Shown here: positions 1 through 12,279 of the stretch, piece by piece
How positions within the stretch are numbered: the first letter of the stretch is position 1
How the letters are laid out: each line of letters begins with the position of its first letter
From: Eledone cirrhosa
Lineage: Eukaryota
DNA: 64,000 nucleotides
Reading direction: 5' to 3'
Assembly: GCA_964016885.1 (NCBI GenBank)
Contig: OZ024743.1
Coordinates: 283,960,001-284,024,000, forward strand
Made by a program: the position numbers and the translations under genes
The notes under the pieces: model-generated
The model's input: the letters and a program-made list of their open reading frames with translations, nothing else
Database searches by the model: none
Told to the model about the DNA's origin: nothing

Positions 1-679
1 ATCACCCGCGGTAATGCTAAAACATTTCCGTTGACGGCGATATCCAATTTTAGCGGCCTAAATGCCGCTTACTTGCTGTAGTTGCTGCTTACTTCAATGT
101 ATGAGGCTATTCCAACAAATTTACATTCCCCCTTTTTTAGCCGTTAAAAGAAATATAGATTTATTTATTGTTTTTTTTTGCGATTTATTTGCCACTGGAG
201 CATAGATTTCTTTATTTGCCCCTTTTTTGTTTTTTAGTTTGTTTTTTTTGCGATTTATTAGCCTTTTGGGGTCACACACACCCCCGTAGAAAGTGTGCGA
301 CCTTTCTGCCAGGGAGCACAGAGAGAGGGGGGTGCTCCCTTCTTCTCTTACCTGTACAAGCCGATATAGAGAGATGGCCCACTTACACGGGCCATTATTG
401 CTACTTTCACCCATCTTTCATGGAATTGGCTGGGACTGAGTGCCTTTTTCTCCACCATGATCCTTCTTTCGAAGTGGTATCGGAAGAAGAGGACCATTTG
501 TTGGCCGGCGACATATCCCCACAGTTTCCTCGTTGCAAACGCATCTGGGACATTTCTTTTCCAAGGGGTTTCCGTCCCGGAATCCGTGTCTAGAGCCTTT
601 CCCGAACGGGCAGGGCCCCTCGGTATAATAGTAAGTATTAGTGGTTGTAATAAAAATGCAATCAAAATGTAATAAATAC

Positions 680-815
680 CTTCACTGATTTCTTTCCTTA
701 TATTATCAACAGAAGTTGGTATGTCACCCAAAGTTCGCTTTGTATGTTCCCGAATAGCAGTGAATTTTGATAAAACTGTTTCTAATTCCTTCTCCACAGT
801 AAGACAAATATCCAT
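680..815 (-). pseudogene. RMND5: Mirror copy of the RMND5-like first coding exon in the left foldback arm
   Basis: Identical 45-codon peptide and the same GT donor (678-679 on the minus strand). It could be a real exon if the gene continues to the left of the window. Confidence 0.7.
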
Positions 816-971
816 GTGTAGTCCAAAAAAAATTATAATAATTCTTTATTATTATTTTCTTTTTCTGTAAATAATTATTTTTCTATATATCTCAAACCCT
901 GCCAAACACCACATCTGTCCATCTGTAAATTTAAATGACTGTTCTTTCATACTTATCCTCTTCAACTACAC

Positions 972-1107
972 ATGGATATTTGTCTTACTGTGGAGAAGGA
1001 ATTAGAAACAGTTTTATCAAAATTCACTGCTATTCGGGAACATACAAAGCGAACTTTGGGTGACATACCAACTTCTGTTGATAATATAAGGAAAGAAATC
1101 AGTGAAG
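972..1107 (+). pseudogene. RMND5: Isolated copy of the first coding exon of an RMND5/GID2 (CTLH E3 ligase subunit) homolog
   Basis: MDICLTVEKELETVLSKF matches the RMND5A N-terminus as I recall it (MDQCVTVERELEKVLHKF). The exon ends in a phase-1 donor G|GTATTT at 1107/1108. I recognised no further RMND5 exons in the window. Confidence 0.75.
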
Positions 1108-1160
1108 GTATTTATTACATTTTGATTGCATTTTTATTACAACCACTAATACTTACTATT

Positions 1161-1630
1161 ATACCGAGGGGCCCTGCCCGTTCGGGAAAGGCTCTACAGA
1201 CACGGATTCCGGGACGGAAACCCCTTGGAAAAGAAATGTCCCAGATGCGTTTGCAACGAGGAAACTGTGGGGATATGTCGCCGGCCAACAAATGGTCCTC
1301 TTCTTCCGATACCACTTCGAAAGAAGGATCAAGGTGGAGAAAAAGGCACTCAGTCCCAGCCAATTCCATGAAAGATGGGTGAAAGTAGCAATAATGGCCC
1401 GTGTAAGTGGGCCATCTCTCTATATCGGCTTGTACAGGTAAGAGAAGAAGGGAGCACCCCCCTCTCTCTGTGTTCCCTGGCAGAAAGGTCGCACACTTTC
1501 TACGGGGGTGTGTGTGACCCCAAAAGGCTAATAAATCGCAAAAAAAACAAACTAAAAAACAAAAAAGGGGCAAATAAAGAAATCTATGCCCCAGTGGCAA
1601 ATAAATCGCAAAAAAAAAACAATAAATAAA
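1161..1630 (+). mobile_element. 3' end of an L1/Tx1-like LINE (ORF2 C-terminus, 3'UTR, A-rich tail) inside the right arm; mirrored at ~157-627
   Basis: Peptide LFFRYHFERRIKVEKKALSPSQFHERWVKVAIMARV resembles Tx1 ORF2 C-termini (recalled). It is followed by repeated AATAAA and A-rich tracts. Confidence 0.5.
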
Positions 1631-1747
1631 TCTATATTTCTTTTAACGGCTAAAAAAAGGGGAATGTAAATTTGTTGGAATAGTCTCATACATTGAAGTA
1701 AGCGGCATTTAGGCCGCTAAAATTGGATATCGCCCCGTTTTGACCCT

Positions 1748-2390
1748 TGTGATGTGCGACCGATTATCGCACTTGGTGGTGATGGTCGATTTTGTTTTTG
1801 CCCCCCCCCCCCTTTTTTTTCTTTCTCTCGCTTCGATCATATATTTTGGGCGTTGTATTTGTAAGGTCCCTGGCAATAGTTAGCCTTACTAATTTGGTTA
1901 AACTTTATTCACAGTTGTATAAATAATATTACAAATTGTTCAGAATAAAATATAAACACATAATAAATCCAGTTATCTATTGCTAGGAACCTTACAAATA
2001 TAACTGTTTCTACTTTAGGCACAAGGCCAGCAATTACCCAGTGCATTACTGGTACTTTATTTTATCGACTCCGTAAGGATGAAAGGCAAAGTCAACCTCG
2101 GCGGGATTTGAACTCAGATCGTAAAGGGACGTAACTATGCTGGAAAGCATGGCGTCCGACGCTCTACCGATACTGCCAATCCACCGCCTTACAAATATAA
2201 CGCACTAAAATATACGACCAAAGCGATAGAAAAAAAAAAGTAAACAAAAACGACCATCAAATCACCACCAAGTGCGACAGTCGGCCGCACACCACAGCGG
2301 AATGTTTTGAGGCAATAGTTAATTGTACTTATATGTGTTTATATTTTCATTCCGAAAGAATTGTGAACAATTTGTAATGTTATTTACAAA
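1748..2390. repeat. Older interleaved inverted repeats (MITE/foldback remnant)
   Basis: 1748-1879 pairs with 1977-2296 once the SINE is removed, and 1915-1985 pairs with 2310-2390. Confidence 0.6.
2005..2186 (-). mobile_element. Full-length tRNA-derived SINE with 15-bp TSD
   Basis: A-box-like TGGCAGTATCGG and B-box GAGTTCAAATCC, core GACTTTGCCTTTCATCC...GTCGATAAAATAAAGTACCAG. TSD ccttacaaatataac at 1990-2004 and 2187-2201. Confidence 0.9.
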
Positions 2391-2947
2391 GAAAAAAAAA
2401 TCTCTGTTTTCAATGTTAATAAAAAACAATGCTAAAAAAGTGAATAAAAAAGTTCCTGATATTCACTCTCATACTGCAGCACAAAATACACATCCAGCTT
2501 GAGCCAACGAGGGAAATTCTACGTAGTCATTTGGGCTGCTGGAAATAACTGTCAAGTTTTCTTCAGGCTACACTCTAGCATTTTAAAAACAAGACACGTT
2601 AGATAATGTAGTCCAAGTTTAAGAAAAAAAAAAGTGTATGGTTAAAGAGTGTCCATTATATCCCTCGATATAGGTGTGTGTGTGTGCGTAGAGCTTTCAT
2701 TAAGTAGTCTATACCACCTGGCGTAGCGGTTAAGTGTTCATTGTGAACTGTAGAGTTATGTGGTTTGTGTCATTCAGTTTGGTGCTTTGGGGATTCACTA
2801 AGTAGTGTGTCATCTCAATAAGGGCTTATTAAGGGACCAGGCCTCAATGAGTTGCGGTGGAGGGTTCATAAAGTGGCATACGTACCCAGCAGGACAGTAC
2901 AATGTTTATGTGGTCGTTGTCTTCTGAGTGATCGTAGAGAGAATAAT

Positions 2948-3123
2948 TATTTCTACTTTTGGCACAAGGCCAGCAATTACCGAATGCATTATTGGTACTT
3001 TATTTTATCGACCCCATAAGGATGAAAGGCAAAGTTAACCTCGGCGGGATTTGAACTCAGATCATAAAGGGCCGTAACTCTTTGCTGCAAAGCATGGCGT
3101 CTGACCCTCTACCGATACTGCCA
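2948..3123 (-). mobile_element. tRNA-derived SINE (same family)
   Basis: Near-identical to 2005-2186, slightly 5'-truncated. Confidence 0.9.
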
Positions 3124-3139
3124 AGAATAATAATATCAT

Positions 3140-3265
3140 ATAATGAAATTATTGTGTACAGTGCTCAGGTGCACTACAACTCATCAAAGGTGCATGTATA
3201 GTACATAGAATAATGTACAAATGTCAGGAAAATGAACAGTGTATGAGTCATGATATAATAATAAT
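3140..3265 (-). mobile_element. Short CR1-family 3' tail copy
   Basis: Matches the tail of 3270-4458 and 11790-11908 (GTGCACCTGAGCACTGTACACAATAATTTC plus ATT repeats). Confidence 0.8.
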
Positions 3266-3269
3266 AATA

Positions 3270-4458
3270 ATAATGAAATGTTGTGTACAGTGCCCAGGTG
3301 CACCACAACTCATCAAAAAGTGCATGTACAGTACATAGGGCAATGCACAAGCATCAGTAAAATGAACAGTGCACGAGTCATGATACACACATGTGTGCAT
3401 GTGTATGGAAGGGGTACATCAGGTGTAGTTTTGGCGTATTTCGGGAAACATGAGTGTCTTAAAGGATGCAGTGTCTCAGCAGCTAACAACTGACGCAGGC
3501 AGTTTGTTCCATGCTTCAGCAACTCTGAGCGTGAAAAAATGTCTACGAAAGTCATGGGAGCTGTGCTGTTTTCTGATTTTGTAGGCATGTCCACGTGTGT
3601 TAGACACATGGAGATCAAAAAGGTGCTCAGGGTTGCAATTGGCGAGATGGTTAATAACTTTGTGGGTATTCACCAAGTCCATTGCCAGACGTCGGAGCTT
3701 CAATGAATCCATGCCCAGGGAAGCAAGGCGTTCAGAGTATGGTTGTTGTCTGATGTAGGGTATGCGCTTGGTTGCACGTCTCTGAACAGTTTCCAGGAGG
3801 TCAATGTTCTGAGCAAGATAGGGGTTCCAGACTGATGATGCGAATTCCAAGTGTGGTCGTACCATAGCTGTATACAGTTTTAAATAGATGGCTGGAGAGC
3901 GGCTAACAAAGGTCTTGCTGAGTGATGCTAAGACACCCTCGGCCTTCTTGACAATCTTAGAGACATGCTTTGTCCAACGCAAATCGCTGCTGACAGTAAT
4001 GCCCAGGTCACGTTCACAAGAGGACTTCTTGATATCAGTGTTGTGGAGGGAGTATGTGGACGCTGGATTTTTCCTTCCAAAATGCATGGTGGTACACTTG
4101 TCCACAGCCAGCTTCAGTTGCCAGTCTGTGATCCATTGCTGCATTGTGTCCAGGTCTGATTGTAGGAAAGAGTCGTAAATTTCAGGATCAGTCCTTTTGA
4201 TTTCAAGGTACGGCTTGATGTCATCTGCATATTTCAGTACCGTGGCATTCTGTAAGTTGGCATCTATGTCATTAATATATGCTACAAACAAAAGGGGACC
4301 AAGAACAGATCCCTGTGGTACATCAGATGACATCTCATATGGTGAAGAATGCTGTCCTAGAACCGTGACTACTTCTTTTCGGCTGAGAATGAAAGATTTC
4401 AACCAGTCGAAAAGATCATCCCTCACACCCATTGCAGAGAGTTTTGCCATAAGTCTTT
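3270..4458 (-). mobile_element. 5'-truncated CR1-like LINE; RT C-terminal part open for 324 aa (3476-4450)
   Basis: VPQGSVLGPLLF, YADD, RPHLEFASSVWNPY, VQRRATK, TRGH and WNKLP motifs; (ATT)n tail. Confidence 0.92.
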
Positions 4459-4559
4459 TAACGAAATGGGATAAGTCCTCTGGTGTCGAATTAGAGGGTT
4501 TTAGTGGTTATTTCAAGGTTAAAATAAAATTGCAGACAATAAATCAATTTACAATTATA

Positions 4560-5905
4560 TAAATAATAACATTACAAATATTGATGGAAATATCAAAGAA
4601 AAAAAAAGGGGATAAAAACAAAACCAAGCAACGAAGGGCAGATCTGACAGTAGGAGAAAGGGCTATAAATATCATAATGAGAGGAAAATAAGGGAAAAAG
4701 CAAGGATTATGAGGCCACGGAAGAAAGGGAGAGAGTGATAGGCTTTATGCGGGGGGGGGGGGGGGGCACAGACAAAACTGCAAAGACATTTCCGCAGACA
4801 ATGGCCAGCAACAGCCACCCACCTTATGGGGTTCCTTCCTCAGACAAGCTACTGACGATCCATGTTTGGCAGTATGGGGTCTGAGAACACCTGAGGATTC
4901 AGCAGCAAAGAGGAAGCGGCCAAATAAGCCCCAATATTTGTTTTTTCTTCCTTTCCTCTGCATTGTGGACTGCAGTTCTGGGTTTTGTGACTGAAGTCAC
5001 TAATTTGGAGGCGGAGAATGTGTCACAGCATGTTGCATCCCAAGTAAGGAATTTTCTTCCTTTGAATGGGAAGAGAGTAATTCCATTGAGGCACTTGCCA
5101 GCTCCATGGTTGAGGCCTGCTAGCTCCAGTTGTGATGGAAAGCCAGCTGCATCCAGGCTCCTTCTTAATGTCATTGAGAGCAACATGTTGGGGGAACCGG
5201 CCTGCGCTCTGGTGGCTTGACAGTGGGTACAGGCCAAATTCAACAACGAGTGACTCACAAATTCAACATTTGTGTGACTCACACACAAGACCGAGGCATT
5301 GGGCCAGTCACCACTGTTTGGTTGTGAAGCAGCTCGGAGGCAATGAGGCGAAGGCAGACATGCACTTGATGTTGTCCCAGTTACGTTGGACATTTGTATA
5401 TAGGAGCACAGAGAGGCTTTCGTCTGTCCAGTCGGTCAGAGCCTGCTTGAGTTCTGGGGCCATGTCAGGTGCAGCTGTCTTGCTGAAGACCTCGCTGACG
5501 AGGATGTGACTGGAGAAGTTTGAGGAATGGTAGGTTGACAGTGCCATATCCGAAGCAGATTGGAGGCTGAGGCTACCAAACCTTTTCGCATGTTGAAACT
5601 GACATTGCAGATGAGTTCTACACAGCATCGGATGGTGGCACCAAGTTCACCGAGGTAATCTGTGTAGGGGTAACAAGATGGATCACGCACCGTGAACAAG
5701 AATTTGAGGAGAGCTTAGCAGTTCCTCAAGAGGAAGAGGGCCTGGTGAGCATCAATGAGGTGCAGCTGCTCTGCCATTCACAACAGGTCTGCATGTTTAG
5801 TCTCCAGGCACTCTTGTATGGCTTGTCAGAGAATTGGAGAACCAAAAATGCAGGGAGCGTCTTTGGGCATTAGTCAAGCCCCGGACTTGCAGCGACAGGC
5901 TTCTG
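4560..5905 (-). mobile_element. Degenerate CRE-clade non-LTR retrotransposon (restriction-like endonuclease region plus 3'UTR)
   Basis: RRSLDAAGFPSQLE...GITLFPFKGRKFLTWDATCCDTF...AEERK matches the CRE RPDGxTxxPW...WDxTxxDT signature; frameshifted. Confidence 0.75.
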
Positions 5906-5912
5906 ACATCCA

Positions 5913-6615
5913 TGTATAAATAATTATCTTTTTTAACACTCAATTCGATATAAACATATATTTATTGTTAGAAGGCCAAATTTATATATACACAGGAAGA
6001 TATAAGAAATGAAAGCAACTACAGGTCATTAGGTTAAAGCTAGAGATACTGTCTAGAACAGAACAGGAAATGTTGAATATCTCATACCATAATAGAACAA
6101 TTGCCAGAATGTTGAATACGTCTAGTTGGTAAATATTTAGTTCCTCTTTCCAGGAAAAGACGAAGAATATGTAGGAGCTACTCCGCAGTATGTCTTCTCT
6201 TGCCGTCTAGAGTTATCTCTCTGGTGAACCAGAGTGTTTTATAAGGAGGAGGCAACAATGTATTCATACGTGATCTAATACGATTGGTTGGTTTAACCAA
6301 ATCACATATGAAACATTGTTGTTGCAAGGTATGAAGTAATTCTGCTACATCATCCTCTGCTTAGACTGCGAAGCAGTCGATAAAAATGAGAAGAAAATCT
6401 CTGAAAAGGTAACACAAGTCAAGCAAAGTAAATGCAAAAAAAGAATAGTTCAAGGCAAATTTCAAAGTTTGTTATACATAAATCAATCACATATGTAAAT
6501 TGTTTTAGAAAGTTTCTTGGGCCAATGGACACGATGACCACTCTGGGTTGTTGTGATGTATGTTGAAGGTGAAGGAGTGTGTGTATGAACTTGTGGTGTT
6601 TGTATTGACACAGTG
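5913..6615 (-). mobile_element. 3' end of a Gypsy-like LTR retrotransposon: pol tail, PPT and 3' LTR (5913-6349)
   Basis: Minus-strand peptide TPSPSTYITTTQSGHRVHWPKKL is a typical TRSGRxV pol terminus. Purine tract AAGCAGAGGATGA precedes the TGTA...TACA LTR, which contains TATAAAA (~6240) and AATAAA (~5963). Confidence 0.7.
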
Positions 6616-7312
6616 TAGGAGGGGGGGGACTATATCCCCCAACTTTGTGGTAAACAGTTTTGTTATGTTTTACAGAGGGTTTATTAAGTATCCCATTTCA
6701 TTTAGAGTGTCCACAGAGGGTTCATTAAGTGTCCCATTTCCTTTGGTGTGGTCACAGAGGGTTCATTAAATTTCTCATATCATTTCCCTGACATGAAAGT
6801 ACAATGCAAATTTCAACCATGGCTCTACAGGGACGATTAAATGTCCACCATAGAAGCTGTACAAGATAACTAAGGTCCTTATAACTCCTGCTGAGGACGT
6901 ATGGAGTAAAATACATGGCCTGTGTGACCTATCAGGTACATTTAAAGCTAATTAAATGTCCTTTGGAAAGATAAGTAGCCTATGTATTATGGCAGGGTTG
7001 TGTAGTGTTAAATAAGTGACTAACCTTGGCTAATGAGAACTATGAATGTATTCTATCTTCTTGTTGGACAAGTGACCTGAATTCTTTACATTGACTGTAC
7101 ATAGATAATTAAGAGTTCTATGTTAATTGATGAGGCTTTACAGAGATGATTTAGTGAATTATCCACTTCACTAGTGTCATGCAAGGTGAATTAAATGGGC
7201 TGCATTTCTTAGAGTAGCCGCATAGGATTTATGTTTCTCATCAAGGCTATACAAGGTTAATCAAATTTCCTATGTTCCCCACTGGGAGCTGTACAGTACT
7301 AAATATGTGGCC

Positions 7313-7743
7313 TGTAGTGACCTACATCCGTGGGATCATATACATTCTCCGTGCGTTATTTGGCTCAGCCCAGCCAATGGCCACCAGCGGAGGAGAATGT
7401 ATTTCTACGCGCCCTGCAGGAAAAATTCCCGCGTCAGCTCAAAATATCTCTCTCTTGCAGCTCGACCTCACTAAGGTAAACAACTACTTTTCTTTCGCCA
7501 TGAAATCACTAGCCAATATGTAACACAATTTAACCACGGCCTGGCAACACTTCAGCCAGTAGACCATGCCTTCTGAAATCTTAATTTGTTTGTTTCATTT
7601 GTTTGGCATGCCAGCTCTACTCAGCTGTACTCAGCTCTACTCAGCTCAATCTTTGTTAATAAATAATGTAAAACAAACTAAAGTCGTCGTCAATATTCCT
7701 ATCATACCTTTAAGCAAAGCCGGTTCCTTGTGGCGCCATTACA
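7313..7743 (+). mobile_element. Candidate solo LTR (431 bp)
   Basis: CpG-rich insert in the satellite with TGTAGTG...CATTACA termini and an internal AATAAA; no clear TSD. Confidence 0.5.
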
Positions 7744-8594
7744 ATTCTATAACTCTGTTAAACTGGTGATTAATAAAATTGCTATTGCTACAATTAGATA
7801 AAAATATTGACCCTCGACAAAGGAGTATTTAAGTATGAAATGCTCCTTTAAAATATATCTATAACAATCATACATCCTGTTAAAGGCCTATATACTCTGA
7901 CTGCCATGCACAAGCCAAATTACATAATCTATGTGTCATCAATACAGTACAATGCTATATGAGGCCCTTATACTAACAATCAGATTCACACAGGGCTAAT
8001 TAAGCTTGTTTTGCCTCTCGCCATGCATGTACATGACTAAGTGAGTAGTCTATGACTCTTGATGAGGAAGTACGACGCTAATTATGTGGCTTATGCACCA
8101 CACCTGGGCAGTTCAGGGCTAATCAAGAGGGCTATGGGCTTTGACAATGCTGTACAGGAATAATAGCCTATGACCTCAATTGGGGCTGCAGAAGGCTAAT
8201 TATCAGGTGTATGTTTCACACTAAGACATTACAGGAATAATGAAGTGGTCCATGTAATTTGCTGGAGATGGAGAAGGCTAATTAAAATGTTTATAGGAGG
8301 CAAATTAACTTAAATTCCCCATGAGGATTGTACAGGTTTTGTAAGTGGCTTATATCACCCAGAGTTAATTAAATGATTATCCCTCACCAAGATTGTACAA
8401 GACTAATTAAGAGATTTATATGGCCACTGGGTTTGCATAGGGCTAATTATAAGATCTATGTACCCTGCCAGGGCTACATATGGCTAGTGAAAAAACATGT
8501 CCATCTGTGCTATATCAATTTACTACCCAATTTTACTCATTGTTAACAAACAGGGTCAATTAAAGTAGACAAGCATTCAGTCTTAATTAAGTGG

Positions 8595-10390
8595 TGCAGT
8601 AGCATCATTGTCAACTGCTACAAAGGTAAAGGTGATGCACTAGATAGAGGAAACTATAGAGGTATAAAGCTGATGGACCAGGTCATGAAAGTAACAGAAA
8701 GAGTTATAGCACAGTTGATTAGGGACCGGGTGAAACTAGATGAGATGGAATTTGGGTTTGTACCAGGAAGAGGCACCACTGATGCCCTCTTCCTTGTGAG
8801 GCAGTTACAGGAAAAGTACCTAGCTAAAAGTAAGCCACTCTACCTGGCATTCGTAGATCTCGAGAAAGCCTTTGACAGAGTTCCACGTGCTATAATCTGG
8901 TGGGCTCTTAGAAAACTAAGAGTAGATGAATGGCTTGTGAAAGCTGTACAAGCCATGTATAGGGGAGCAGTCAGCAAAGTTAGGATTAGCATGAGTATAG
9001 CGAGGAATTTAGCATAGAGGTTGGTGTCCACCAGGGCTCTGTTCTTAGCCCTCTCCTGTTCATCATAGTCCTGCAGGCAATAACGGAGGAGTTTAAGACT
9101 GGATGCCCATGGGAACTCCTGTATGCAGATGACCTCGCACTTATAGCTGAATCTATGATAGAACTAGAGAAGAAATTCCAAACTTGGAAGCAGGGACTAG
9201 AAAGAAAGGGTCTCAAAGTCAACCTGACAAAGACTAAGGTCCTTGTAAGTAGACGAGAAAACAGAACCCAGATCCCCTCAGGGAAATGGCCTTGCTCAGT
9301 ATGTAGGAAAGGTGTAGGTAGGAACTCCATTCTCTTCCCCAAATGCAAACAATGGGTACACAAGAGATGTAACGGGATCTCAGGAAGCTTAATTAAGAAT
9401 GTAGGCTTCACATATAGCAGCTGTGCTGGGACAGCAAGCAGCAAATAGCCACAGGAAACAAGTACCACCAATCTCTGGGAGGGCTCTGTAGAAACAGTAG
9501 ACAGCTTCTGCTACCTAGGTGACCGAATTAGCAGCAGAGGTGGGTGTTCAGAAAGTACAATAACTAGGGTAAGAACAGGATGGAAGGAGTTCAGGGAACT
9601 ACTGCCACTGCTGGCTGCAAAAGGCTTCTCCCTCAAAATGAAAGGCAGACTGTATGATGCGTGTATCCGAACAGCAATGTTACATGGTAGTGAGACCTGG
9701 GCGCTGAAGGTGGAAGACTTACGTAGATTAGAGAGAAACGAAGCCTGCATGCTCCGATGGATGTGTAATAGTAATATACGCGAACGGCAAAGCATAAATG
9801 AATTGAGAGAGAGACTGAGCATAAGAGGAATCAAATGCTGTGTGCAGGAGAGGCAGTTGCGTTGGTATGGACATGTGATGCGTATGAAGGATGACAGCTG
9901 CATAAAAAGGTGCAGAGCACTAGAAGTCAATGGAAACCGCGGAGTAGGGAGACTCAAGAAGACCTGGGATGAAGTGATAAAAGCCGACCTTACCCAATTA
10001 CACCTCTCAAAGGCGATGACACACGACAGTGACCTCTGGCGTCACGCAGTAATACAGAGTACTCGACCTCCCATGGGTACAAGCTGAAGCATATAGACAA
10101 TATGCCCCCACTGCAAGGTGGTCATGGAGGTGCCACGGCAAAAAAGCACCCAGCCCACACTGTAAAGTGGACAAGTAGGCGCCATGGAAAAAAAGCACCC
10201 AGTACTCACTGTAAATGAGGTTGGTGTGTTTCGGAAGGGCATCCAGCTGTAGAAATCCAGCCAAAATCAGTTCCTGTATGAGCAAGGCATGGTCGTCAGC
10301 CGACCAGACACTGCCCACAACAGTACAACCCGTCTAACCCATGCTAGCATGGAAGAACGGACGTAAAATGGTGATGATGATGATGATGAT
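8595..10390 (+). mobile_element. 5'-truncated RTE-clade LINE, frameshifted, with (GAT)n tail
   Basis: NYRGIKL, FGFVPGRGTTDA, FVDLEKAFDRVP, HQGSVLSPLLF, LLYADD and RLRWYGHV-type motifs; 3'UTR ending CCCATGCTAGCATGGAAGAACGGACGTAAAA(TGA)n. Confidence 0.93.
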
Positions 10391-10789
10391 TCCCCATCAT
10401 GCTACACAGGGCTAATTAAAAGGCTCTTGTCCATCATGGGGCCATACATGGTACACTGTATGTCTTAAAGAGATAACAACCTATTTTATCTTCTCTGTTG
10501 GTGTGGCACAGGGATAAGTAAGTGGACAATGTTCACCACAGGCTCTTATATTCCTTCTTAAGAAGAAGAAGAAGGTCTGTATCACTCACTTGCCTGATTA
10601 AGTGATTAATATACACTTCCATGACTATATACAGCTAAAGAAATAGATTATAGGCAGTAGAGGGTTAAGTAAATCATACCCACTACTCTTTCAGTACACG
10701 TTTATATTCTCCTCTTGGTGCTATGGAAGTCTTGCTTCTCAAACGTGGTGGGTATTTCCTTCTGCACCAACTATCATGCTTCTTCCAAT

Positions 10790-11908
10790 TCTATCTGAAA
10801 AACGGTGCTACTCCAGAGCAGTGGAAAACTGCCAGTGTCATTCCTCTGTTCAAAAAGGGTGATTGCACATCACCTGTCAACTATCATCCAGCCAGTCTTA
10901 CTAGTTGCATTGCCAAACTGATGGAATCCTGTGTCAGCGAAATATTTAGGAACTTCTGGAACTCTCACAGTCTTATCCGGCCCTCGCAATTTGGATTTAT
11001 CCCTAACTCCAGCTGCTGTGATCAACCTATCGAGTTTCTTGAAGACATCACCCGGATCACTGATGGCGGCTCATGGGTGGATGTTGTTTACCTTGACTTT
11101 GCTAAAGCTTTCAATTCTGTGTCACACAAAAGACTTATGGCAAAACTCTCTGCAATGGGTGTGAAAGATGATCTTTTTAACTGGTTGAAGTCTTTCATTC
11201 TCAGTCAAAGAAAGGTAGTCATGGTTCTAGGACAGCATTCCTCACCGTATAAGATGTCATACGGTGAGGACCACAGGGATCTGTTCTTGGCCCCCTTTTG
11301 TTTGTGGCATATATTAATGACACGCAGATGACATCAAGCTGTACCTTGAGATAAAAAGTACAGATCCTGAACACCATAGATCTTTCCTGCAATCTGACCT
11401 GGACACAATGCAACAATGGATCAGGCATCTACCATATTTTGAACGCCTTGTTTCCCTGGGCATGGATACATTGAAGCTCCGACGTCTGGCAACTGACTTG
11501 GTAAACACCCTCAAAATTATTGACCATCTTGCCAACAACAACCCTGAGCACCTTTTTGATTTCCATGTGTCTAACACACGTGGACATGCCAACAAAGTCA
11601 GAAAACAGCACAGCTCCCATAACTTTTGGAAACATTTTTTCACGCTCAGAGTTGCTGAAGTATGGAACAAACTACCTGCATCAGTTATTAGCTGTCGAGA
11701 CACTGCATCCTTTAAAACTTCCATGCTTCCTGAGATTCGCCAACACTATACCTGATATCCCCCCTCCATACACACACACATGTATTTCATGACTCGTAAC
11801 TGTTCATTTTCCTGACATTTGTACATTATTCTATGTACTATACATGCACCTTTGATGAGTTGTAGTGCACCTGAGCACTGTACACAATAATTTCTTTATT
11901 ATTATTAT
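10790..11908 (+). mobile_element. CR1-like LINE, 5'-truncated, with an internal deletion near 11422
   Basis: WKTASVIPLFKKG and YLDFAKAF motifs; same family as 3270-4458. DTMQQWI is joined directly to RHLPYFERL. Confidence 0.92.
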
Positions 11909-12279
11909 ATGTACTCCACCACATCCATACATGGCTAAAAAGGTGGGCTTTGTACTCCTCTGGGGAGCCTTACAGGATTAATTAAATGGTCTAAAAGTAT
12001 ATGTGGCTCATGTCTCTCATCAAAGGTCTACAAGGCTGATTAAGGAATTAAAGTCTTCCATCAAGGATACACTGGGCTATGGTAACTGCTGAGGTCATAC
12101 ACAGCTAATTGGGTGGCATAAGTCCATTACTAGGCATAATTAGATCTGCTAGGACAGGCTTATAGGTCTTGACTGGGATGTATAGAGCTAATTAAAAGGC
12201 CTAAGTCCCTATTGTGATCATTCAGAGCTAATTACGTTGGAAACAAACTGAGGGAAAAACCTGGCAAAAGAAGAAAACA

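Larger units (their letters stand above)
36..1734. mobile_element. Foldback / long inverted-repeat element (arms 36-822 and 965-1734, 142-bp spacer), possibly Mutator/Pack-MULE-like
   Basis: Arms are reverse complements, with termini GGCGATATCCAATTTTAGCGGCC and GGCCGCTAAAATTGGATATCGCC. They differ by a few substitutions, homopolymer lengths, a 2-bp indel and a 20-bp insertion (75-94). Flanks ccgttgac (28-35) and ccgttttgac (1735-1744) resemble an imperfect TSD. Confidence 0.75.

Noticed and set aside
121-1629. Full-length ORFs of 136-161 aa in the foldback
   Set aside because: RMND5 similarity stops at the GT donor. The rest is intron and LINE read-through or antisense, and the two copies differ by a frameshift.
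2095-2186. tRNA gene
   Set aside because: A and B boxes are present but there is no cloverleaf; this is the head of a multi-copy SINE with tail and TSD.
7731-7737. TGGCGCC as a tRNA primer-binding site
   Set aside because: It lies inside the candidate LTR end rather than after it, and is too short.
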